Assembly: GCA_963793425.1 (NCBI GenBank)
Contig: CAWCAG010000005.1
Span: 1,184,001-1,248,000 of the forward strand
Origin: an uncultured cyanobacterium
GTDB taxonomy: Bacteria; Cyanobacteriota; Cyanobacteriia; Cyanobacteriales; CAWCAG01
Direction of reading: 5' to 3'
Length of the DNA stretch: 64,000 nucleotides
A program made the position numbers and the translations under genes. This document shows, one piece after another, positions 53,081-61,787 of this stretch. Numbering within the stretch: the first letter of the stretch is position 1; each line of letters starts with the position of its first letter. The notes under the pieces are model-generated. The model did not search any database. It worked only from the letters and a program-made list of their open reading frames with translations, and was not told the origin of the DNA.

Positions 53081-56000
53081 GTGATTGTAAGCAGAAAGGG
53101 TCTTAGTAGACCCAAGCCTTTGAGCATCGGGCATTATCCGCTCTTAAACTTAGCAATTATACTATCTGGGTGCATAGGCATAACTGGTGTAGCTAACGCT
53201 TCGGAAGAAGAGAATCTGGAATTGCTTGAACCAGCCTCTTTTTCTTTAGAAGAAACGAATGTAGAAAGTTTAGAAATTGACAGTCGCTTAGAGGTGACTG
53301 AAAAAGAAGTAACTGAGACAACAGAGATATCTCAAGAAGAAGAAACCTTGGGTGAAACTGTAATTGAGCAACCACTCGCCCCAGACGAGGTGAGGATTTT
53401 AGCTCCTGAAGCGGGGCAAAAAAATAGCCGTTCCACCAATCTTATTGTTCAATATAACGCTAGCAGCGAGGTTAGGGTTGAAATTAATCAAAAACCTCTT
53501 AATCCTAACTTACCGACGCAAATTGAGCAAGATGAAGAGCAAAATCTGATTACCCAAGTTTGGTATAACGTGCCGTTGCAGGAAGGGGAAAATGTTATTA
53601 CCGTTGTGGCTAATAATGGTACTCCTGTAACAACCAAATTAACCGTAGAAGAAGCTGTTATTGGTCAAATTCAACTCTTCCCAGCCGGAGATCCGCGAGT
53701 ACCAGCCGATGGACGTTCTACCATAACCCTAGAAGGAAGCATTACCGATGCAGCAGGGGAACTGATTACCGAAGAAACTTTTGTCACCCTCACCTCCAGT
53801 GCTGGTAAATTCATTGGGACAGACCAAGATGAAGATCGGCCAGGGTTTCAGGTACTAGCTAGGGAAGGAACATTTAAAGCAGAGTTGCAATCAAACTTAG
53901 AAGCGCAGAAGGTAAAGATTCGTGCTGCTGTTGAAAGTTTTGACCTCGACAATTCTTTGTTAGAAGAAGATGCCATAACTGCTGCTAGACTCAACCCCCA
54001 AGATAGAGTAACAGCCGACCTAGAAACCTATAGTCAAGTAGAATTTATTACCTATCTCCGTCCTTCCTTGGTATCTGGAGTCCTTAACCTCCGTATTGGT
54101 GAAGCAGGGACAGATTTCTTTGGTAGTCGCCGGGAATTCCTTAATCCTACCACCATGGATGATGATTTTGAAGCGGATGTAGATGCGGCAGTATTTGCCA
54201 CCGGGGCTATTGGTGAATGGTTATTTACCGGGGCTTATAATAGCGAACGGCCCCTTAATGAAACCTGTGATGGCATTACCAGATTATTCCGGGGGCCGCA
54301 AGAATGTGAGAAGCAATATTCTGTTTATGGCGATAGTTCCAGCGTTGAATATTTAACCCCCTCTACCACTAGTGTTTACTTACGTTTTGAGCGTCAATCT
54401 CCTGTAACTGGGGCTGAACCAGACTACTTTATGTGGGGAGATTATTACACCACAGAATTTAGTCGTCCTTCCCAACTCTTTACGGCTACAACCCGCGCCT
54501 TAAACGGTTTTAAAGGCAACTTAAGCTTAGGAAATTTGCAACTCACGGCTTTATATAGTCCTGATGTAGATGGCTTTCAAAGGGATACTTTAGTCCCTGA
54601 CGGTACTAGCGGCTATTACTTCCTGGCCCGACGGCAGTTGGTTCCCGGTAGTGAGAATATTTTTATTGAAACTGAAGAAATTAATCGCCCCGGTACAGTT
54701 ATTTCTCGCGAGGCCCTAAGTCGTGGTCCGGATTATGAAATTGACTACGATAGGGGAACTTTGTTGTTTCGCCGTCCGATGCAGCAACTAGAGTTTGATC
54801 CTTTTGGTAACACCTTAGTGAGGAAAATTGTTGCTACTTATCAGTTTGAAGGGGATACTGACGGAGAAACGGATATTTATGCAGGGAGAGTGCAATACAA
54901 CTTCTCCCAAGATTTGAACCAAGAAAACTGGTTAGCAGCTACCTATCTTTATGAAGATCAAGGGAGCCAGGATTTTGAGTTATATGGAGCGGATTTCTTA
55001 TTTAATGTGGGGGAAAAAGGGCGCTTCATCGGGGAATTTGCTCGTTCCCACAATAATTCTCCCTTAACCGGAAACGTTGCTGCTAATGCTTATCGTTTGG
55101 AATTGCAAGGGGAAGTTGTTAAAGGAGTTAATGCACGGGCTTTTTATCGTTCTGTCGAAACTGGTTTTGCCAACAATGCCACCACTAGTTTTACCCCAGG
55201 ACAAACCCGCTACGGAGCAGCCATTTTAGCTCAAGTTGCTCCTACTACAACCTTGCAAGCTAGCTTTGATCGCGAAGAAAATTTTGGTGTTGCCCCGGCG
55301 GTACGAACAGTTCCTTTTGATCTTTTTAATCCTAACACTAGTTTGTTTAACCCTGGTTCAGAAGCCCTCCCCGGAACAGCTATTAATAACGATCTCACCG
55401 CTATTTCTGCTGGGGTGAGGCAAAAACTTGGGGATGCAGAATTAAATGTTGACTATGTGCATCGCTCTCGCAACGACGATGCAGGTAATATTTTTGATAG
55501 CGATAGTGACCAAGTTGTCTCTTATCTTAATGTTCCGGTCACAGAAACCATTGCCTTAAGAGCTAAAAATGAAATTAATTTAGGAGATGGGGAAGACCCA
55601 CTTTATCCTAACCGCACAACCTTTGGTATTGATTGGAAAGTGCAACCAGAAGTGACTATGAGACTAGCACACCAATTTTATGATGGGGGCTTGTTGGGGG
55701 ATAATTCCATCACTAGCTTAGAAACCATCACCGAAAAAAGGTTAGGGGAGGATACCTATTTGTATAACCGTTATGCCCTCGTGGGAGGATACAACGGTGT
55801 AACTGGTCAGGGTTCCATTGGTTTAGGTCACCGCCTAACCGTTGCTCCTGGTTTCCGCATTAACTTAGGTTATGAACTCGTCACCAGTGACATTTCTAGT
55901 GTTACAGCAGCAGGGCCTCGTTTTGCTCAACCCTATGCTGTGGGTCAAAGTTCCTCATCTTTGGGCGTATTTGGTGGGGAAGCCTATAGCGTTGGTTTTG

Positions 56001-56761
56001 AATATACAGCTAACCCCGATTTTCAAGTTTCCGGTCGTTTTGAACAGAGGAATGGTTCCGGTCGAGAAAATACTGTTTGGAATGCAGCCGCCGCAGGTAA
56101 AGTGACTCCTGGGTTAACAGCTTTATTCCGTTTTGACCAAGCTAATACCTCCAACCAGATTTTAAGCGGGTTGGGAGATACAGTGAAAGTCAAGATGGGA
56201 CTAGCTTACCGTGACCCCCATGATGACCGTTTTAACGCCTTACTTAAATACGAATATCGCCGTAACCCTTCGATTATCCCCGAAACCCTACTTTTTGGCA
56301 GTGGTACAGGGTCTACTGACCATGTAGTTTCCACTGATATGATTTATGCCCCCGATTGGCGTTGGGAATTTTACGGCAAGTTCGCTATGCGTAGTAGTAC
56401 AACGAATCTAGCTAGTAACTTTAGCAACAGCAGCAGCGTCTTTCTGAGTCAGCTAAGGGCCACCTACCGTACAGGGTATAACACCGATGTTGCTTTAGAA
56501 GGACGTTGGATTGGGCAACCTTCGACCAATTTTGATGAATTTGGCTTTGCAGCAGAAGCTGGCTACTACCTCACTCCTGACCTACGCATCGGTTTGGGTT
56601 ATAGCTTTGGTAGTGTTGATGATGGGGACTTTGACGGTTATCGTTCCGATGGTGGCCCTTACTTAAACTTAACTCTTAAAGTTAATGAATTGTTTGGCGG
56701 TTTTGGTAGGCAAAGGCCTGTGCCGGCACAGCAACAAGAGTCTGAGGTAAGTAATAAGTAA
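53081..56761 (+). CDS. large outer-membrane beta-barrel-like protein with N-terminal Ig-like domains
   Basis: Signal peptide; PADG Ig motif, YGDSS and VPGSE motifs; long run of amphipathic beta strands ending in GYS.G...GGPYLNL. Confidence 0.75.
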   Translation: MIVSRKGLSRPKPLSIGHYPLLNLAIILSGCIGITGVANASEEENLELLEPASFSLEETNVESLEIDSRLEVTEKEVTETTEISQEEETLGETVIEQPLAPDEVRILAPEAGQKNSRSTNLIVQYNASSEVRVEINQKPLNPNLPTQIEQDEEQNLITQVWYNVPLQEGENVITVVANNGTPVTTKLTVEEAVIGQIQLFPAGDPRVPADGRSTITLEGSITDAAGELITEETFVTLTSSAGKFIGTDQDEDRPGFQVLAREGTFKAELQSNLEAQKVKIRAAVESFDLDNSLLEEDAITAARLNPQDRVTADLETYSQVEFITYLRPSLVSGVLNLRIGEAGTDFFGSRREFLNPTTMDDDFEADVDAAVFATGAIGEWLFTGAYNSERPLNETCDGITRLFRGPQECEKQYSVYGDSSSVEYLTPSTTSVYLRFERQSPVTGAEPDYFMWGDYYTTEFSRPSQLFTATTRALNGFKGNLSLGNLQLTALYSPDVDGFQRDTLVPDGTSGYYFLARRQLVPGSENIFIETEEINRPGTVISREALSRGPDYEIDYDRGTLLFRRPMQQLEFDPFGNTLVRKIVATYQFEGDTDGETDIYAGRVQYNFSQDLNQENWLAATYLYEDQGSQDFELYGADFLFNVGEKGRFIGEFARSHNNSPLTGNVAANAYRLELQGEVVKGVNARAFYRSVETGFANNATTSFTPGQTRYGAAILAQVAPTTTLQASFDREENFGVAPAVRTVPFDLFNPNTSLFNPGSEALPGTAINNDLTAISAGVRQKLGDAELNVDYVHRSRNDDAGNIFDSDSDQVVSYLNVPVTETIALRAKNEINLGDGEDPLYPNRTTFGIDWKVQPEVTMRLAHQFYDGGLLGDNSITSLETITEKRLGEDTYLYNRYALVGGYNGVTGQGSIGLGHRLTVAPGFRINLGYELVTSDISSVTAAGPRFAQPYAVGQSSSSLGVFGGEAYSVGFEYTANPDFQVSGRFEQRNGSGRENTVWNAAAAGKVTPGLTALFRFDQANTSNQILSGLGDTVKVKMGLAYRDPHDDRFNALLKYEYRRNPSIIPETLLFGSGTGSTDHVVSTDMIYAPDWRWEFYGKFAMRSSTTNLASNFSNSSSVFLSQLRATYRTGYNTDVALEGRWIGQPSTNFDEFGFAAEAGYYLTPDLRIGLGYSFGSVDDGDFDGYRSDGGPYLNLTLKVNELFGGFGRQRPVPAQQQESEVSNK

Positions 56762-56813
56762 TAAGTAATAAGTAATAAGTTAAGAACATGGTTTCGCTGA
56801 TTAGCAATTAGCC

Positions 56814-56872
56814 GTAGGGGCGACCCGTTTCCCAAACATATTCGACAAGCCCAAATTTATATTTGGTCGCCC
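56814..56872 (+). repeat. GTAG-type REP
   Basis: GTAGGGGCGACC...GGTCGCCC. Confidence 0.6.
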
Positions 56873-56919
56873 ATCTCAACCATTAGCTGTTTCTATCACG
56901 TTTACAAGGAGTAAAAAGA

Positions 56920-58632
56920 GTGAATTCTGTTCAGGTTAAAGCATCTATTTTGGCATTACCTTTGGCTTTATTAGCTATCCCCAACCTAGCTAATGCCGAA
57001 ACAATGAATTGGCAGGCGGTGGTTAATACCAATGCTGATACTATTCAAGCCGATAACTTCCTTAGTTTGCGAGAGGCGATCGCAGCTATTAATGGTAGCT
57101 TGCCCATGGAGGAGTTAAGTGAAGCGGAAAGGCAGCAATTGACTCCAGGGGAAGGTAATTCTCGCATTGAATTTAATTTATCCCCCCAAAAGACAACCAT
57201 CAATTTAGTAGGACTGCTGCCTCCTCTATCTACTCCAGGACTGGTTATTGATGGTACAAGTCAACCAGGTTACGACCGAGAGGAATTAGAAAAACAAGGG
57301 GGGGCAACACCTATTCCTGTGGTTGCTATTACTCCAGCAACAGAAAGTCAGGTACTGCGAGGTTTAACTATTGTTGCTGATGGTGTCACGGTAAGGGGGC
57401 TAAGCATTTATGGTTTCAGTTATCCCCAAGGCCCTACAGCCAACACTCCCACCGCCGATATTTTCATCTCCCATCGCTTGCCGCCTCCCGATACCTTTGG
57501 TCGAGAAATACCCTACGACGAGTTTTCTTTCAGTGAACAGGATGTTCCTCCCCAGGATGTGGTGATTGAACATAATTGGTTAGGAGTGCCTTCGGGGTTA
57601 GGTACAGATTCTCGCTTTATTAGTCAAATTGATAGGAGCAAAAATGAAGTAGCCAGAAATGCGAAACCACAAGAGTTTGGTGTTACTGACTCTTTGTTTG
57701 TGGTTCCCACTGCAGCCAAGCCGCAATCTCCTCAACCAGACTCCCCTGCTGCAAAGAAGTTATCCGGTTTCGGAGTCTATGTTTTTAATAGCAAAGGAAC
57801 AACTATTCACCGCAACATCATCGCTAACCACGATGGTAGCGGCATCATCACTAGCGTCAGGGCGAAAAACTTATTAGTTAGGGACAACCTGATTGAAAGG
57901 AATGGCTTTGCGGGAATGCCCGACGGCATCCGTTTAGAAGGAGATATTACTGATGCCATGATTCAAGGTAATTTAATTCGTAACAATGCTGGTAGTGGTA
58001 TCTTTGCTTTTAAACCAACGGGTGCAGTAGAAATTCGGGACAACAACATCACCGACAACGGCAAACGCTATGAACGGGCGGCCATTTATCTTTCTGGTAG
58101 TGACCATTTAATTACCAGAAACCGCATTGCCAATCAACCCGGTACAGGAGTTACCGTTGCAGCTTTCCCAGAGAGCGATCGCGTGGTAATTCTCAATAAT
58201 TTGTTTACTGGTTTGCAAGGACTAAGCATTGATTTAGTTGCCCAAAATGGTACAGAAGTAAAAAATTACCAAAAAGGTGACGGCCCCAACCCAGAAATTG
58301 AATTTTATCAACGTCGCCGTCAAGCAGCCAATAATGGTATCAATGCCCCCAATTTTGTTAGTCGGGAATTCTTCGCCTTGAACAACAAAACCAAATTGAT
58401 GGGTAAAGCCTTAGCTGATTCTACAGTAGAAATTTACCGAGTGATTGAAGAAGATGGTCAACAAGGGCCTCTTAACCAAGAAATCGCTACGGTGGAAGTG
58501 GACAAAGGGGGCAATTTTGAGATAGAAATATCAGGATTGCAACCAGGCGATCGCGTGACAGCAACAGCCACTCACGCTGATTATGGTACATCAGAACCTG
58601 CATTTAATGCAGCAATTGTACCTCTTCCTTAA
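56920..58632 (+). CDS. secreted right-handed beta-helix protein (CSLREA-like N-terminus, C-terminal Ig-like domain)
   Basis: VVNTNAD...LSLREAI, IDGTSQPG, repeated I..N.I..N.G.GI, TATAT...GTSE. Confidence 0.8.
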   Translation: MNSVQVKASILALPLALLAIPNLANAETMNWQAVVNTNADTIQADNFLSLREAIAAINGSLPMEELSEAERQQLTPGEGNSRIEFNLSPQKTTINLVGLLPPLSTPGLVIDGTSQPGYDREELEKQGGATPIPVVAITPATESQVLRGLTIVADGVTVRGLSIYGFSYPQGPTANTPTADIFISHRLPPPDTFGREIPYDEFSFSEQDVPPQDVVIEHNWLGVPSGLGTDSRFISQIDRSKNEVARNAKPQEFGVTDSLFVVPTAAKPQSPQPDSPAAKKLSGFGVYVFNSKGTTIHRNIIANHDGSGIITSVRAKNLLVRDNLIERNGFAGMPDGIRLEGDITDAMIQGNLIRNNAGSGIFAFKPTGAVEIRDNNITDNGKRYERAAIYLSGSDHLITRNRIANQPGTGVTVAAFPESDRVVILNNLFTGLQGLSIDLVAQNGTEVKNYQKGDGPNPEIEFYQRRRQAANNGINAPNFVSREFFALNNKTKLMGKALADSTVEIYRVIEEDGQQGPLNQEIATVEVDKGGNFEIEISGLQPGDRVTATATHADYGTSEPAFNAAIVPLP

Positions 58633-58638
58633 TCTCAC

Positions 58639-58663
58639 CAGTCCCCCTGAGAGAGGGGGACTG
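58639..58663 (+). other. intergenic GC hairpin
   Basis: cagtccccct-gagag-agggggactg. Confidence 0.6.
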
Positions 58664-58720
58664 TTGGGGAATTATCAAAAACAATTAACACCAGAGTCAG
58701 AAATTGTATTGTCTTGAATT

Positions 58721-61201
58721 ATGAAGCAAATTTTAAAAGTATTACCCATTCCTCAAAAACCTAATTTCCGTAACTCTGCTGCTTGGTTAGTTGGAGGTTT
58801 AACCTTATGGACAACATCTATTGCTTATTATTCTCCTGTTGCAAAAGCGCAAGAGCCTTTTAGCTGCGATGGTCTTTTTTTCCTGAGTCAGGGTATAAAC
58901 CCACCTAATACAGTTCCAACAACTTTAAACGTTGTTAACACAGGAAGTGTACCTTTTAATTTGACTGCTAGAGGAGGAGATGAAGATAGGAACAATGCTA
59001 CAGGTTTCCGCTTTGATGTTAACGGTTCATTTATCTATGGTATTAATCCAGATAGAATAGGACAAAGCGTAACGAACAAGGCTCAAGTTGTCTATAAAAT
59101 AGATCGAAACGGTAAACTTTTCCCTATTAGCAATGGATCTATTGCTCAAGGTGCTTCTACATTAGCTCAAGAAGCTCGCTTTATAGCTGGAGACATTGGA
59201 ATTAATGGTAACTACTATGTTTATGGAGGAAACGGAGTACTTCTAGAAATTGATGTCTCTGGACCAGAAGCAATGTTAGTTCTGCCTGAGAAGAGACTAC
59301 AAGACCCTGCAAATGGTAATAGCCCCCCTGACATAGCAGACTTTGCTCTAAACCCTCTTGATGGCAACTTTTATGCTTTCACTAGGAATGGGAATAGGCT
59401 TGTTTTTTTTAATCCTAATGATCCCAGTCCCATTAGCATTCAAGACTTACCAGGAGTTAGCGGTTTACCAACTATCTTTCCTGCCCCTCCAGGTACTGCT
59501 CGTGATAACGTTGGTGCAGCTTTCTTTGATGGTGCTGGTAATTTATTTATCTACAAAAATGGCAATATTCAGCCCCCTGGTGAACTCTACAGAATAAATG
59601 TTGGGGTTGAAGGTAATCGTCCTAGCGCCATTACATCTGTACGCCTCAGTGAGGCAGAGGCTGTTAGCAACAACGATGGTTCAGCCTGTCCTTTTGCACC
59701 AAAGCTAGAAAAAAGCGTCAGCACCAATCAAGTTGTAGCTGGGGGTACTATTGACTATTTCTATACCATTACAAATCCTAATGCTGTAGCAATAACACAA
59801 CAGTTCCCTCCCCTAACTTTTAGTGATAATTTAACCAATGGTCGAACTTTTGTGAGTGCGGAGATTGTACAGCCTGTCACAGGGGATCTTAGTACTTTTT
59901 CTGGCGGTAATCTTAGTATATCCGACGGTCAAAGTCTAACAATTAGCAACTTAGGACTTCCTTCCACAAATGCAATAGCCAGCCCTCCTCAAGTAGGGAA
60001 GATAGTTATCAAAGCTACGGTTCGAGTAGCCCTCAATGCTTCTGCGGGAACAGTTTTTAACCAAGCAACTTTAAATGGTTTACCAGGGCCATTCCCGCCC
60101 TCCATTCCTTCTGACTTCCCTGGTGCAGGAGCCTTACCTGACCCCTCACCCCTGGTTATTTTACCTCCCCCTGTTCCGGCGGGGACAAAATCTGTTGAGT
60201 TAGCCATTGATGCTGATAACACCAGTAGCGTTACTCCAGGGGACACTATCGAATACGCTGTCAGCTATTTTAATACCAGTTCCAGCACCGACGTAACCGA
60301 TTTTGCTGTCACAGATACTATCGACTCCAACTTAACTTTTGTTCCGGGTAGTTACAACTTCCAAGTTGCTTCAGGTAGTCCAGCAGTTAGCGAGAATACT
60401 GCTTTTGATGGTACTAGTGACAACAGGCTCACTCTTCCCGGAGGAATTTTGACCCCTGGTTCCCAAATAACTGTTAGCTACCGCGCCACAATTAATGCAA
60501 ATGTGACACCAGGAACAGTAATAGATAACCAAGCTTCAGCAACTTCCACCGCCTCCCCTCCAGGAAGCCCTGATACTATTATCACCCCCTCTGTCACAGA
60601 TGCAGTAGGAGATTCGAGCCAGATTCCCCAAGTCCTTGATGATGGGCAAGAAGGAGGCAACTCCCCAGGAAACACAGGAGACGATGAACCCACAAGGTTG
60701 GTCGTAGCTGATCCTACTGCTGACGGTAATTTAGTGTTGGTCAAGCGTATTACTAACGTGATCAGAAACGGTGTACCTTTAGCTGGAATTAACTTCAGTA
60801 ACTTTATTGATGATGAAGCTGATATTAACGATAACTTCCCCGGTTGGTCTGCCCTTTCTCCTGTTGGGGTTCTTAGTTTGGGAACAGACAATGCCTTAAG
60901 TAGCGGAGATACAGTTGAGTACACAGTTTATTTCTTATCTAATGGTAGGAAACCAGTTGAGGATTTAAAAATCTGCGATGCTATACCGGAAAGAACAGAT
61001 TATGTTGCCAACAGTCTTATCTCTTTCCAAAATTTAGGCAACCCAAGCTTCTTCAACGAGTTAGATTCAAGCCTACCTGTACCACCTTGCCCTAATAGTA
61101 ACAACCCTGATGGGGCTGTATCGTTGGATTTAAGTCCTAGCTTCTCTAATACTAGTCCTGATAATGTCGGTTTTGTACGCTTTCGAGTGGAAATAAACTG
61201 A
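58721..61201 (+). CDS. secreted adhesin-like protein: beta-propeller-like head plus three DUF11-type domains
   Basis: AKA-QEPFSCDG head bounded by NDGSACPF; KS...GDTI.Y...NQA repeats; C-terminal LVKRIT...ICD.IP...GFVRFRV. Confidence 0.8.
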   Translation: MKQILKVLPIPQKPNFRNSAAWLVGGLTLWTTSIAYYSPVAKAQEPFSCDGLFFLSQGINPPNTVPTTLNVVNTGSVPFNLTARGGDEDRNNATGFRFDVNGSFIYGINPDRIGQSVTNKAQVVYKIDRNGKLFPISNGSIAQGASTLAQEARFIAGDIGINGNYYVYGGNGVLLEIDVSGPEAMLVLPEKRLQDPANGNSPPDIADFALNPLDGNFYAFTRNGNRLVFFNPNDPSPISIQDLPGVSGLPTIFPAPPGTARDNVGAAFFDGAGNLFIYKNGNIQPPGELYRINVGVEGNRPSAITSVRLSEAEAVSNNDGSACPFAPKLEKSVSTNQVVAGGTIDYFYTITNPNAVAITQQFPPLTFSDNLTNGRTFVSAEIVQPVTGDLSTFSGGNLSISDGQSLTISNLGLPSTNAIASPPQVGKIVIKATVRVALNASAGTVFNQATLNGLPGPFPPSIPSDFPGAGALPDPSPLVILPPPVPAGTKSVELAIDADNTSSVTPGDTIEYAVSYFNTSSSTDVTDFAVTDTIDSNLTFVPGSYNFQVASGSPAVSENTAFDGTSDNRLTLPGGILTPGSQITVSYRATINANVTPGTVIDNQASATSTASPPGSPDTIITPSVTDAVGDSSQIPQVLDDGQEGGNSPGNTGDDEPTRLVVADPTADGNLVLVKRITNVIRNGVPLAGINFSNFIDDEADINDNFPGWSALSPVGVLSLGTDNALSSGDTVEYTVYFLSNGRKPVEDLKICDAIPERTDYVANSLISFQNLGNPSFFNELDSSLPVPPCPNSNNPDGAVSLDLSPSFSNTSPDNVGFVRFRVEIN

Positions 61202-61248
61202 TTGATATTGGTGTTTACTAAATAGTCTATTAACTTAAAATTTATAGC

Positions 61249-61288
61249 TAAGGAGTAAAGGCTAGTAAGATTAGTCTTTACTCCTTAA
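61249..61288. terminator. long hairpin after adhesin 1 (terminator-like)
   Basis: taaggagtaaaggcta...tagtctttactcctta. Confidence 0.55.
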
Positions 61289-61787
61289 GTTAGGTATTTG
61301 TAGTGTTTTTCAACTCAAAATATTTAGCGATCATAATGATATTGAAGGGATTAAGTTAGATGTGATTTTGTTTAACTTAATCTCTCTTGAGAGGGAATCA
61401 ATAACTAGAGTTTCTAGCTAACATTTATTACTACAAGTTCACTTAATAAATAATTAAGCTGAAGAAGGTGAGGAAATGCCATTGTATACATTCCTCGCAA
61501 CTCTATTTAGTTGCTTTACCGCTTTAGCTTGAAAAAGAGCTTAATTGAATTTTACGTCTACTTCAGTTAATGGAAAGTTGCATATTCATTAACTAAAAGC
61601 CCCAAAATACCATACATACTGTAGCAGAAAGTATCATCCAAATCAACTAAATAAAGAATAAAGTTCTACCAAAGTTATTCACACTTTCTAAACTCCAATT
61701 ACTCGACTAAAAAATATCAAATACAGTCTTCTCAATACAGCCTAATGAGCAGTATTGCCCAATTGCTGTAGCTAAACAAATTCAGCT

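Noticed and set aside
53081..56761. TonB-dependent receptor
   Set aside because: No recognisable TonB box or plug motifs and no C-terminal Phe; the neighbours are adhesin-like rather than uptake genes.
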